Source of the DNA: an uncultured Actinomycetota bacterium
GTDB taxonomy: Bacteria; Actinomycetota; Actinomycetes; Mycobacteriales; Micromonosporaceae
Length of the DNA: 64,000 nt
Assembly (NCBI GenBank): GCA_963738365.1
Contig: CAVTWH010000004.1
Coordinates: 2,711 to 66,710, forward strand
Direction of reading: 5' to 3'
The position numbers and the translations under genes were made by a program. Of this stretch, positions 48,948-58,610 are shown one piece after another. The notes beneath the pieces were generated by a model. The model made no database searches. It was not told where the DNA came from and saw only the letters and a list, made by a program, of their open reading frames with translations. The number at the start of each line of letters is the position of its first letter. Position 1 is the stretch's first letter.

Positions 48948-49145
48948 ATGCTGGCCGTCATCGCGGCGATTCTGTTCGCCCTGGCCCTGATCTTCAAATT
49001 GGCCAAGGTCGGCGGCGACGTCATCAACGGCGACACCCTGAGCACCGCCGGCCTGCTGTTCGTGGCGCTGCACCTGGCCGGCGCGCTGGGCTGGGGCACC
49101 ACCCGCTACCACGGCTACCGTGGCCGCCGCCCCGGCCGGGGCTGA
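48948..49145 (+). CDS. small membrane protein (65 aa, two hydrophobic helices)
   Basis: MLAVIAAILFALALIFKLA ... GLLFVALHLAGALGWG. A GGAGG SD lies 9 nt upstream and the C-terminus is basic. Confidence 0.55.
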   Translation: MLAVIAAILFALALIFKLAKVGGDVINGDTLSTAGLLFVALHLAGALGWGTTRYHGYRGRRPGRG

Positions 49146-49158
49146 CCCACCGCCTGTT

Positions 49159-49188
49159 CCGGCCCGGCCGCCGTCGCGGCCGGGCCGG
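49159..49188 (+). terminator. stem-loop after the small membrane protein gene
   Basis: CCGGCCCGGCCGC, CGTC, GCGGCCGGGCCGG. The stem is 13 bp and is followed by TAGTCTTG. Confidence 0.55.
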
Positions 49189-49202
49189 TAGTCTTGCGCC
49201 CG

Positions 49203-50672
49203 ATGGACGCTGACGCCCTGTTCGCACTCGACCCGCCCGCACCGGCGCACTCGGCGCCGGCGGCCGGGCAGGGGCGTGCCGACTTCACCGAGCCCGGCCC
49301 GGACGCGCCGCTGGCTGTCCGGATGCGCCCGGCCAACCTGGACGAGCTCGTCGGACAGGAGCACCTGCTGGCCCCGGGCGCGCCGCTGCGGCAGCTGGTG
49401 GACGGCGCGGCGATGGTCTCCACCATCCTCTGGGGGCCGCCCGGTACCGGCAAGACCACCATCGCGCACCTGGTCGGCGCGCGCCGCCGACCGGCGGTTC
49501 GTGGCGCTGTCGGCGCTCTCGGCCGGAGTCAAGGACGTCCGTGCGGTGATCGACACGGCCCGCCGGGCGCGGCGCGGTGGCGCGCCGCCCACGGTGCTGT
49601 TCATCGACGAGGTGCACCGGTTCTCCAAGACCCAGCAGGACTCGCTACTCGTCCGCGGTCGAGGACCGGACGGTCACGCTGCTGGCGGCCACCACGGAGA
49701 ACCCGTACTTTTCGGTCATCTCGCCGTTGCTGTCCCGGTGCGTACTGCTCACCCTCAAGCCGCTCGACGACGCCGCGGTGCGTGACCTCGTCCGCCGCGC
49801 CCTGGTCGACAAGCGTGGCCTGGCCGGCGCGGTGCAGCTACGCCCGGAGGCCGAGGAGCACCTGGTCCGGCTCTCCGGCGGGGACGTCCGCAAGGCGCTG
49901 ACCGCGCTGGAGGCGGCCGCCGGGGCCGCCGTCGGCGCCACCGGGCGTCCGGCCGGCGCCGGCCCGGTCGTCATCGACCTGGCCGCGGTGGAGCGCGCCG
50001 TGGACGTGGCGGCCCTGCGCTATGACCGGGACGGCGACGGCCACTACGACGTGACCAGCGCGTTCATCAAGAGCCTGCGCGGCTCGGATGTCGACGCGGC
50101 GCTGCACTACCTGGCCCGGATGCTGGTGGCGGGGGAGGATCCGCGGTTCATCGCCCGGCGGCTGGTCATCTTCGCCAGCGAGGACGTCGGCATGGCGGAC
50201 CCCGACGGCACTGGCGACGGCCACCGCCGCGGCCCAGGCGGTGGCCCTCATCGGCATGCCGGAGGCGCAGCTCAACCTCGCGCACGCCGTGGTCCACCTG
50301 GCCACCGCCGCCAAGTCGAACGCGGTCACCACGGCGCTCGGCGCCGCCCTGGCCGACGTGCGTGCCGGGCGCGCGGGACTGGTCCCGCCGCACCTGCGCG
50401 ACGCACACTATGCGGGCGCCGCGAAGATCGGCCACGGTGGCGGGTACGCCTACCCCCACGACGACCCGCGCGGCGTGGTGACCCAGCAGTACCCACCGGA
50501 CGACGTGGTCGGGCGCGACTACTACCAGCCCACGACGCACGGCGCCGAGCGGGCCGTCGCCCAGCGGCTGCCCCGGCTGCGCCGGCTGGTCCGGGGCCTG
50601 CCCGAGCCGCCGGACGGTACCGAAGACCCGTCGAGCCAGCCGACGGCCCGCAGCCAGGAGGACGACCAGTGA
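49203..50672 (+). pseudogene. rarA: replication-associated recombination protein A (RarA/MgsA), disrupted by three +1 frameshifts
   Basis: RarA-like sequence is spread over four frame segments. These are 49203 to about 49476 ([14 protein letters not shown]), about 49477..49650 ([17 protein letters not shown]...[18 protein letters not shown]), 49652..50203 ([20 protein letters not shown]...[12 protein letters not shown]) and 50205..50672 ([29 protein letters not shown]...). Confidence 0.8.
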
Positions 50673-53032
50673 CCGGACCACAGCACCCCGGGTCGGGCGA
50701 GGACCCGAGGCAGGTGGGTCCTGGCTGGGACGAGGGCACCGACGGCACCGGCCGGCTACGCCGGGTACCCGGCGGACGACGCGGCCGGGACCGCTTCAGC
50801 GACACCGGCGCACAGCCGGTGGTACCCCCGCCCGGGCAGACCCGGCCCGCCGAGCCGGGTTCGGCCGGCCGGACCGGTGACGCGCCGGGCAGCCCACCGC
50901 GCCCGCCGACCGGCGAACGCCCGGCAGCCGCCCCCCGCGGACAGGCGCCCGGCAGCCGGTTCGTTTCGATGCGCGGCGTCCGGGGTCCGGCGGCTGCCGG
51001 TGAACCGCTGCGCCTGGACCCGTTGACGCCGGGTGATCCGCCACGCCGGGGCCCGTCCCCGGACGAGCCGGTACGCCGCGCTCCGTCGAGCCCGGCTGAT
51101 TCAGTGCGCCAGCGTCCGCCAACCCCGACCGAGCCGGTTCGTGGCGGCTCGCCGATGCCCGTTGAACCAGCGCGCCGGCCCGCGACGGGCCCAGCTGAAC
51201 CACCGCGCCGGCCTGCGACCGGCCCTGCTGAAGCGGCGCGCCGTGGTCCAGCGGCCCCCGCCGAGCCGGTGCGCCGTGGTCCCGCGCCTCCTGCTGAGCC
51301 GGTGCGCCGTGGTCCCGTGCCCCCTGCTGAGCCGGTGCGCCGTGGTCCCGTGCCCCCTGCTGAGCCGGTGCGCCGGACTCCGGCGGATCCGGTCGAGCCG
51401 GTCCGTCGGGGTCTGTCGACCGCCGACGAGACGTTGCGTCGGGTGCCGGGCGTCGGTGCACCGGGCGGACCACCGGCGCGTACCGGCGGGGAGCCTCCCC
51501 GACCGCCTGCCGATACGCCGCGCCGGGCCGGTGAGCCGCCGCACACCGCCGGACCGGGAATCCCGGGTCGCGCGGTGCCTGCTGCCGGTGAGCCACCCGG
51601 TGGCGCCCCTGCCGGGCCGGTAGGTCGGGTGGGCGGGCAGCAGCGTCGGGGTGCGGCCGAGCCGACGGAGCGGGAGATCCGCCGTCGCGGGCCGGGCGGC
51701 CCGCAGGAGCGTCGGTTACCGCTCGGTGGCGATGGTGCCGACGCCGTCGGCCCGAGCGCGCCGGTCTCCGGCCCGGCCCGGCCCGGGCGTCCGCCCGGTG
51801 TGCCGGCGGGCCCGGGCGACCCGGCCAGCCGACCGGGCGCCGGTGGGCCGGTCCGGCCCGAGTCCGCCGCCGAGGGCCGGCCACGCCCTCGGGAGATGGG
51901 CGCCTGGACCGAGATCCCCAGCGCCGAGCAGCCGATCGTGCGCCGTCGGGTACCGCCGGTGCGTCCGCAGCCGGGTGGCCGGGTGGCGGGGCCGCCGACG
52001 GCGCGTCCCGGTGCGCCCGGCGCGCGCCCGGCCGGCGGCCCGCCGCTGGCGCCCGGCGGCCCCGTCCCGCCCCCGCCGCTGGCGCCCGGCGGCTCCCTAC
52101 CGCCCCCGCCGGACGCGCGTGCGGGCACCGGGGCCGCGGTCCGTGGCCCGGTCGCTCCCGGGGCGCCGGTCTCAGGTCCGGCAGACCCGCGTCCGGTCAG
52201 CGGGCCGGCAGGCCGTGGTCCGGTGACGTCCGCGGCGTCGGTCCCGCCAGCAGCCGATGCCCGTCCGGTCGGCGGCCCCGTGGAACGGGGTCCGGCCAGC
52301 CCCGGAGGGCCCGTCGCGGCGCCGGGTCGGCGGCCCGAGCGGTCGACCCCGCCGCCCGGTCCGGTGCCGGTACCTGTCCGCCAGCCGGAGCGGGCGCCGA
52401 CCGACCTGCCGCCTGCCGGCGCCCGGGGCGTCGAGATGCCGGTCAGGCGGGTACCGGTCAGCCGGGAACAGCGCCAGCGCGCCCTGATCACCCTGGTGGT
52501 CGCTGTTCTCGGCCTGCTGCTGGTGCTGCCCGCCGCGCTGCTGCTGTGGCAGCGCAGCGGCGATCCGCTGGCCGCCCAGCTGGACGCGCTGGGGGTACCG
52601 GCCGCGGTGGATCTGCACCACTCGGACTCCGGCGCGCAGAGTCCGGCCTGCGTACACAGCTGTGCCTGGCTCAAGCGCATCTACCAGTCGGGCCAGCCGG
52701 CCCAGCAGACCGACGCCGCCTTCCGGGCGGCGCTGCGGGCGCACGGCTGGCGCCCCGCCGACGGTACCTGCCCGAAGGCCAGCGACGGCAACTACAGCTG
52801 CTGGCAGCGCGACCAGTACGTGCTCGACCTGTGGGTACGCCCGGCCGGCTGCGAAAGCTCGGCCTACCACCCGCTGCCGGTGCCGTCCGAGTCGCGGCCG
52901 CCGGCCGAGGGTGACGCCCAGCCGAGCGCGGCGCCGAGCCCCGCCGGCCCGGCCGACGCGCAGTGCCCGGCGGCCCAGGCCAGCCTGCTGCTGGGCAACG
53001 CCGCCGACCCCGCCTGGCGGGTCCGGCACTGA
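50669..53032 (+). CDS. Pro/Arg-rich repeat protein with one TM helix and Cys-containing C-terminal domain
   Basis: This is the 3-prime part of ORF 49577..53032. GTG 50669 overlaps the rarA TGA, though the start is uncertain and ATG 50969 is an alternative. It has eleven 11-aa repeats (EPVRRGPxPPA), the TM helix [23 protein letters not shown], and a C-terminal region of about 170 aa after the TM helix, with 7 Cys. Confidence 0.6.
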   Translation: MTGPQHPGSGEDPRQVGPGWDEGTDGTGRLRRVPGGRRGRDRFSDTGAQPVVPPPGQTRPAEPGSAGRTGDAPGSPPRPPTGERPAAAPRGQAPGSRFVSMRGVRGPAAAGEPLRLDPLTPGDPPRRGPSPDEPVRRAPSSPADSVRQRPPTPTEPVRGGSPMPVEPARRPATGPAEPPRRPATGPAEAARRGPAAPAEPVRRGPAPPAEPVRRGPVPPAEPVRRGPVPPAEPVRRTPADPVEPVRRGLSTADETLRRVPGVGAPGGPPARTGGEPPRPPADTPRRAGEPPHTAGPGIPGRAVPAAGEPPGGAPAGPVGRVGGQQRRGAAEPTEREIRRRGPGGPQERRLPLGGDGADAVGPSAPVSGPARPGRPPGVPAGPGDPASRPGAGGPVRPESAAEGRPRPREMGAWTEIPSAEQPIVRRRVPPVRPQPGGRVAGPPTARPGAPGARPAGGPPLAPGGPVPPPPLAPGGSLPPPPDARAGTGAAVRGPVAPGAPVSGPADPRPVSGPAGRGPVTSAASVPPAADARPVGGPVERGPASPGGPVAAPGRRPERSTPPPGPVPVPVRQPERAPTDLPPAGARGVEMPVRRVPVSREQRQRALITLVVAVLGLLLVLPAALLLWQRSGDPLAAQLDALGVPAAVDLHHSDSGAQSPACVHSCAWLKRIYQSGQPAQQTDAAFRAALRAHGWRPADGTCPKASDGNYSCWQRDQYVLDLWVRPAGCESSAYHPLPVPSESRPPAEGDAQPSAAPSPAGPADAQCPAAQASLLLGNAADPAWRVRH
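51065..51427 (+). repeat. in-frame 33-bp tandem repeat, 11 units
   Basis: Units start at 51065 + 33n. The central units are GAGCCGGTGCGCCGTGGTCCCGTGCCCCCTGCT and are nearly identical at 51263, 51296 and 51329. Confidence 0.9.
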
Positions 53033-53135
53033 CAGCGCCGGTGCCGTTGTGGCGCCTCGAGTTTCGTTTTGCGTCACGGACGGTACTGTCAACCCGTTGG
53101 CCAGCTGTGTAGATCCGTGACGAAAGGGGCAGCGC

Positions 53136-53591
53136 GTGGACGCGGGAGATGTGGCCGGGCTGATCGCGGCGGGGGCGTTCCTGATGCTCGTGCTGGTGCT
53201 CGCGGTGCCGGTCCTGCGGCTGCGCCGCACGGTGGACGCGGCCACCCGGGCCATCGACGACCTCAACGACCGGACCGAGCCGCTGCTGGGCAACCTCAAC
53301 CAGACGGTGGTCGGGATCAACGCCACGCTCGGCCAGGTGGGCAGCTCGCTGGACGGGCTGAACCTGCAGCTGGAGCGGCTGGACACGATCACCGGGCACG
53401 CCGCGACGGTGAGCGCCAACGTGGCCAACCTGGCCACCGTGGTCACCGCCACGGCGTCCAGCCCGCTGGTCAAGGCGGCCGCCTTCACCTACGGGATACG
53501 CAAGGCCGCCGCCGCGCGCCGCTCCGCCGACGAGGACAAAGAGGTACGCGCCGAGCTCAAGGCCCGGCACCGTTCCCGCCGCGCCGGCTGA
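53136..53591 (+). CDS. DUF948-like membrane-anchored coiled-coil protein
   Basis: An N-terminal TM helix (LIAAGAFLMLVLVLAVPVL), then LRRTVDAATRAIDDLNDRTEPLL...NLQLERLD. It sits at the conserved position upstream of alaS. Confidence 0.75.
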   Translation: MDAGDVAGLIAAGAFLMLVLVLAVPVLRLRRTVDAATRAIDDLNDRTEPLLGNLNQTVVGINATLGQVGSSLDGLNLQLERLDTITGHAATVSANVANLATVVTATASSPLVKAAAFTYGIRKAAAARRSADEDKEVRAELKARHRSRRAG

Positions 53592-53654
53592 CGCCCACGG
53601 CCACCGCATCCGCCATCCCGCCCGGCGGCGAGGCACCAGCCACGCCGCCGGGCG

Positions 53655-53810
53655 TCACGGGCAACGCATCCGCCGTGCGGCCGAGCGTCACAGGCAAGGT
53701 ATCCACCGTGCGGGCGAGCCTCACGGGCAAGGTATCCACCGTGCGGGCGAGCCTCACGGGCAAGGTATCCGCCGTGCGGCCGGGCGTCGCGGGCAAGGCA
53801 TCGGAATGCG
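53655..53810. repeat. intergenic 33-bp tandem repeat, about 5 units
   Basis: Units start at 53655, 53688, 53721, 53754 and 53787. Units 3 and 4 are identical (TCACGGGCAAGGTATCCACCGTGCGGGCGAGCC). Each unit carries a CACGG...CCGTG mini-palindrome. Confidence 0.9.
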
Positions 53811-53964
53811 CAGCACCAGCCGCCGCCCCGCTCACCCGGGGCGCCGCTGGGCGGCCGGCGCGACAGCCGGAACAGACACCGCCGCAGGCGCTTGGCCGGG
53901 GCGCCGCGGGGCGCCATCCGGTCGGCGGTATTTTCACCAGGTACCCATGACGGAGAGGTAGGCC

Positions 53965-54216
53965 ATGAAACGCGTGGTGTGGCTGGGCATCGGCTTGGCA
54001 GTGGGCGCGCTGGTGTTCCGCGCGGTGTCGCGCAAGGCGCGGGCGTACACCCCGACCGGCATCGCCGCGACGGCCCGGGATTCCGCTGGCGGACTGGTGC
54101 AGAGCGTCCGTAGCTTTATCGACGACGTCCGCGACGGAATGGCCGAGCGGGAGGACGAGATCCACAACGCTTTCCTGGAAGGGGTCTCGCTGGAGGAGGG
54201 CGACCACCGCCGATGA
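53965..54216 (+). CDS. small membrane-anchored protein conserved upstream of alaS
   Basis: 83 aa beginning [18 protein letters not shown] (TM helix) with an acidic C-terminus. The stop overlaps the alaS ATG (ATGA). Confidence 0.65.
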   Translation: MKRVVWLGIGLAVGALVFRAVSRKARAYTPTGIAATARDSAGGLVQSVRSFIDDVRDGMAEREDEIHNAFLEGVSLEEGDHRR

Positions 54217-56888
54217 AGACCGCGGAGATCAAGCGACGGTTCCTGGCGTACTTCGAGGCCAACGGCCACACCGTTGTGCCCAGTGCGCCGCTGCCGGCGG
54301 TGGACGACCCGAACCTGCTGTTCGTCAACGCCGGCATGGTGCAGTTCGTGCCCTTCTTCCTGGGCCAGCGCACCCCGCCGTACTCCCGCGCCGCCAGCGT
54401 GCAGAAGGTGCTGCGTACCCCGGATATCGACGAGGTGGGCAAGACCTCGCGGCACGGCACGTTCTTCCAGATGAACGGCAACTTCTCGTTCGGCGACTAC
54501 TTCAAGGAGCAGGCCATCCCGCTGGCCTGGAACCTGATCACCAGGCCGGTGGCCGAGGGTGGCTACGGGCTGGACCCCGACAAGGTCTGGGCCACCGTCT
54601 ACCTGGACGACGACGAGGCCATCGACATCTGGCACCGCACCGGCCTGCCGCTGGAGCGCATCGTGCGCCGCGGCAAGGCCGACAACTTCTGGTCGATGGG
54701 CATCCCCGGCCCGTGCGGCCCGTGCTCGGAGATCTACATCGACCGGGGCCCGGCCTACGGCCGCGAGGGCGGCCCGGCGGTCGACGAGGACCGCTACATG
54801 GAGATCTGGAACAACGTCTTCATGCAGTTCGAGCGCGGCCCGGGCAGCGACAAGGAGAACTACCCGATCCTGGGCGAGCTGCCGGCGAAGAACATCGACA
54901 CCGGCATGGGCCTGGAGCGGATGGCCGCGATCCTGCAGGGCGTCGACAACCTGTACGAGATCGACGAGGTACGCCCGATCCTGGACAAGGCGGTGGAGCT
55001 GACCGGCCGCCGATACGGGGTGAACCCGTCGCACGTGGCGGCCGAGTCGCACCCTGACGACGTGCGGCTGCGGGTCATCGCCGACCACGTCCGCACCGGC
55101 CTCATGCTGATCTCCGACGGCGTCACACCGGGCAACGAGGGGCGCGGCTACGTGCTGCGGCGCATCCTGCGCCGGGCGGTCCGTTCGATCCGGCTGCTCG
55201 GCTTCGAGGAGCCGGCGCTGCCGCACCTGCTGCCGGTGGCGCGGGACTGCATGGCCCCCTCCTACCCCGAGGTGGAAAGCGACTTCCAGCGCATCTCGTC
55301 CTACGCCTACGGCGAGGAGGAGGCGTTCCTGTCCACCCTGCGCGCCGGTACCACCATTCTCGACCTGGCCATCGGCGAGGCGAAGCAGGAGCAGCGCGGC
55401 GTGCTGGCCGGGCAGCAGGCGTTCCTGCTGCACGACACCTACGGCTTCCCCATCGACCTGACCCTGGAGATCGCCGCCGAGCAGGGGCTGCAGGTCGACG
55501 AGGAGGGCTTCCGCGCGCTGATGACGCAGCAGCGCAAGCGGGCCAAGGCCGATGCGCAGGCGCGCAAGACCGGGCACGTGGACCTGTCGGCGTACCGGTC
55601 GGTGCTGGACGCGGGCGGTCCGGTGGACTTCACCGGGTACACCGAGGCGTCCCGGGAGAGCCGGCTGCGGGCGCTGCTGGACGACGCCGGCAACCCGCTC
55701 ACCGAGGTCGGCGCGGGCGAACTGGTCGAGCTGGTGCTGGACGCCACCCCGTTCTACGCCGAGGGCGGTGGCCAGCAGCCCGACCAGGGCCTGATCAGCT
55801 TCGCCAACGGCCGGATCGAGGTCTTCGACGTGCAGCAGCCGGTACCGGGGCTGATCGTGCACAAGGCGAAGGTGGTGGAGGGCAGCGTCCGGGTCGGCGA
55901 GGAGGCGCTCGCCGAGATCGACCTGGGGCGCCGCCGGGCCATCTCGCGCGCGCACACCGCGACCCACCTGGTGCACCAGACGATGCGGGCGTTCCTCGGC
56001 GAGTCGGCCACCCAGGCCGGGTCGCTGAACGCGCCGGGGCGGCTGCGGTTCGACTTCAACACCCCCTCGGCAGTCCCGCCGAGCGTGCTCGGTGACGTCG
56101 AGGCCCAGGTCAACGACGTGCTGATGCGGGACCTGGAGGTGCACGCCTACATCACCACCCAGGAGGAGGCGCGCCGCTCCGGCGCGATGGCGCTGTTCGG
56201 CGAGAAGTACGGCGACCGGGTCCGGGTGGTCGAGGTGGGTGACTACGCGCGCGAGCTGTGCGGTGGTACGCACACCGCCCGCTCGGGACAGCTGGGGCTG
56301 GTGAAGATCCTCTCCGAGGCGTCCATCGGCTCCGGGGTGCGCCGGGTGGAGGCGCTGGTCGGCACCGACGCGTTCACCTACCTGGCCAAGGAGCACCTGC
56401 TGGTGTCCCGGCTCGCGGAGCTCTACCGGGTACCCAACGAGCAGGTGGCCGACCGGGTGGAGCAGACCGTGGCGGCGCTGCGCGACGCCGAGCGGGAGCT
56501 GGAGAAGCTGCGCGCCCAGCTGGTGCTGGGCAACGTCGGAGCGCTCGCCGGGCAGGCCCGTGACCTGCGCGGGGTGGCGTTCGTAGGTACCGAGGCGCCG
56601 GACGGCACGTCGGCGAACGACGTGCGTACCCTCGCTCAGGAGATCCGGGGCCGGATCGCCGGTGGGCCGGCGGTGGTGGCGGTGGCCGCCCGTGCCGGGG
56701 GGAAGGCGTCCCTGGTGGTGGCGGTGAACCCGGCCGCGCGGGATCGCGGCCTGTCCGCGGCCGACCTGGTGAAGGGTGCGCTGTCCGGGCGCGGCGGCGG
56801 CAGCGCCGAGCTGGCCCAGGGCGGCGGCGTCCCGGCTGACGCGGCGCCCGCCCTGCTGGCCGCGGTGGAGCAGTCGCTCCTTGGCTGA
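54213..56888 (+). CDS. alaS: alanine--tRNA ligase
   Basis: 891 aa with [15 protein letters not shown], the editing domain HTATHLVHQ ... CGGTH and a C-terminal DHHA1-like region. Confidence 0.97.
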   Translation: MKTAEIKRRFLAYFEANGHTVVPSAPLPAVDDPNLLFVNAGMVQFVPFFLGQRTPPYSRAASVQKVLRTPDIDEVGKTSRHGTFFQMNGNFSFGDYFKEQAIPLAWNLITRPVAEGGYGLDPDKVWATVYLDDDEAIDIWHRTGLPLERIVRRGKADNFWSMGIPGPCGPCSEIYIDRGPAYGREGGPAVDEDRYMEIWNNVFMQFERGPGSDKENYPILGELPAKNIDTGMGLERMAAILQGVDNLYEIDEVRPILDKAVELTGRRYGVNPSHVAAESHPDDVRLRVIADHVRTGLMLISDGVTPGNEGRGYVLRRILRRAVRSIRLLGFEEPALPHLLPVARDCMAPSYPEVESDFQRISSYAYGEEEAFLSTLRAGTTILDLAIGEAKQEQRGVLAGQQAFLLHDTYGFPIDLTLEIAAEQGLQVDEEGFRALMTQQRKRAKADAQARKTGHVDLSAYRSVLDAGGPVDFTGYTEASRESRLRALLDDAGNPLTEVGAGELVELVLDATPFYAEGGGQQPDQGLISFANGRIEVFDVQQPVPGLIVHKAKVVEGSVRVGEEALAEIDLGRRRAISRAHTATHLVHQTMRAFLGESATQAGSLNAPGRLRFDFNTPSAVPPSVLGDVEAQVNDVLMRDLEVHAYITTQEEARRSGAMALFGEKYGDRVRVVEVGDYARELCGGTHTARSGQLGLVKILSEASIGSGVRRVEALVGTDAFTYLAKEHLLVSRLAELYRVPNEQVADRVEQTVAALRDAERELEKLRAQLVLGNVGALAGQARDLRGVAFVGTEAPDGTSANDVRTLAQEIRGRIAGGPAVVAVAARAGGKASLVVAVNPAARDRGLSAADLVKGALSGRGGGSAELAQGGGVPADAAPALLAAVEQSLLG

Positions 56889-56919
56889 CGGGGGTGCCGG
56901 TCCCGGGGAGCGGGGCCGG

Positions 56920-57357
56920 GTGCTCGGAGTCGACGTGGGCCGGGTGCGCGTCGGGGTGGCGATCTGCGACCCCGACCGCATCCTGGCCACCCCGCTGGTG
57001 ACTCTGCGTCGCGATCTGGTGGCGGAGGAACCTGCCATCCCGTCCGATATAGCGCAGATCCTGCAGCTCATGGCCGAGTATGAGGCGGTGGCGGTGGTGG
57101 TCGGCCTGCCGGTGACGCTCGCCGGTGGGCACGGCCAGGCCGCAGATGAGGTACGTCGTTACGCCACGAAATTGGCCGAAATGGTGGCCCCGGCCCCGGT
57201 CCATCTGGCCGACGAGAGGATGTCGACCGTGGTCGCCTCCCGTAGGCTGTCCGAGCGAGGCGTCCGGGGACGGCGTCAACGGGCGGTAGTCGACCAGGTC
57301 GCGGCGGTGGAGATCCTGCAGACCTGGCTCGATACGCGGCGGAGGACGGCGAGATGA
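56920..57357 (+). CDS. ruvX: Holliday junction resolvase-like YqgF/RuvX
   Basis: GTG 56920 (VLGVDVGRVRVGVAICD). This is the 3-prime part of ORF 56776..57357. Confidence 0.88.
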   Translation: MLGVDVGRVRVGVAICDPDRILATPLVTLRRDLVAEEPAIPSDIAQILQLMAEYEAVAVVVGLPVTLAGGHGQAADEVRRYATKLAEMVAPAPVHLADERMSTVVASRRLSERGVRGRRQRAVVDQVAAVEILQTWLDTRRRTAR

Positions 57358-58610
57358 TCGACGAGTTGGACCTGTACTTCGACGACCACGACCGGGGTCG
57401 TAGCAGACACCGGCGTGGCGCCCGCGCCACCCCGCCGCCCGGTCGCGCCCCCAACGGTCGTCAGCGCAAGAAGAAGGGCCGCTCCGGGCTCGCCATGTTC
57501 CTGGTGCTGTTCCTGCTCGCCGCCCTGGCCGGCGGCGGCTACGTCGGCTACACCAAGGTCAAGGGCTACTTCGGTACCGAGGACTACAGCGGCGCCGGCA
57601 CCGGCGAGGCCCAGATCCAGGTGGTCAAGGACGAGTCGCTCACCGCGATCGGCAACCAGCTGCAGCAGAAGGACGTCGTCAAGAGCACCAAGGCATTCAT
57701 CGCGGCGGCCGAAGCCAACCCGAAGGCCAAGTCCATCGAAGTGGGCTACTACAAGCTGAAGAAGCAGATGAAGGCCAGCCTGGCGCTGAGCGCCCTGCTC
57801 GCCCGCAACGCCGACGGCTCGCTGGCGAACAAGGTGTCCACCAAGATCACTATCCCCGAGGGCACCATCGCCCAGGACATCTACCCGCTGCTGGCCAAGG
57901 CCACCAACCTGCCGGTGCAGAACTTCATCGACGCCGCCAAGGACCCGCTCGCGCTGGGCGTCCCGGACTGGTGGTACAAGCGCCAGGACGGCAAGCCGCA
58001 GCAGAACCCGCCGTCGGTGGAGGGCTTCCTCTACCCGGCGACCTACGACTTCGACCCGGGCGCCGACGCCAAGACCATCCTCACCGACATGGTCACCCAG
58101 TTCCTCACCGTCACCGGCGAACTGAAGTTCGCCGAAACCGTCCAATCCGGGCTCGGCCTGTCGCCGTACGAGGCGCTGGTCGCCGCGTCGATCGCCCAGA
58201 AGGAGGCGCTGTTCCCGCAGGATATGGCCGGCGTCGCCCGGGTGCTCTACAACCGCGCGTACAAGGACTACGCCTGCCACTGCCTGGGACTGGACAGCAC
58301 CGTGAACTACTGGCTGATCGTTTCCGGAAAGGAGGCCAAGGAGTCCGGCGACCTCTCCAACTCCCAGCTGCACGATCCGAACAACCCGTACAACACCTAC
58401 GACAAGCCGGGGCTGCCGCCGACTCCGATCAGCAATCCGGGCAAGGACGCGCTGTCCGCGGCGATGAGTCCGCCGTCCTCGAACAACTACTACTTCCTGG
58501 CCATCGACACCGCCGGTCACACCGCCTTCGCCAGCACGTATCACCAGTTCTGCCAGCTGACCCACCAGGCCAAGACCAACGGAGTCAACATTGGTACCTG
58601 CAGCGCCTGA
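57354..58610 (+). CDS. mltG: endolytic murein transglycosylase MltG (YceG-like)
   Basis: ATG 57354 overlaps the ruvX TGA. It has an N-terminal TM helix and a YceG domain (EGFLYPATYDF, ASIAQKEA, VLYNR). Confidence 0.92.
   Translation: MIDELDLYFDDHDRGRSRHRRGARATPPPGRAPNGRQRKKKGRSGLAMFLVLFLLAALAGGGYVGYTKVKGYFGTEDYSGAGTGEAQIQVVKDESLTAIGNQLQQKDVVKSTKAFIAAAEANPKAKSIEVGYYKLKKQMKASLALSALLARNADGSLANKVSTKITIPEGTIAQDIYPLLAKATNLPVQNFIDAAKDPLALGVPDWWYKRQDGKPQQNPPSVEGFLYPATYDFDPGADAKTILTDMVTQFLTVTGELKFAETVQSGLGLSPYEALVAASIAQKEALFPQDMAGVARVLYNRAYKDYACHCLGLDSTVNYWLIVSGKEAKESGDLSNSQLHDPNNPYNTYDKPGLPPTPISNPGKDALSAAMSPPSSNNYYFLAIDTAGHTAFASTYHQFCQLTHQAKTNGVNIGTCSA

Noticed and set aside
49577-53032. Single 1151-aa ORF.
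   Set aside because: It is a chimera. The first part is the third frame-segment of the disrupted rarA. After 50204 the rarA homology moves to another frame. The Pro-rich protein most likely begins at GTG 50669 or later.
53655-53810. Possible CRISPR array, because of its 33-bp repeats.
   Set aside because: The repeats are directly abutting with no unique spacers, and no cas genes are in the window. It is a minisatellite.
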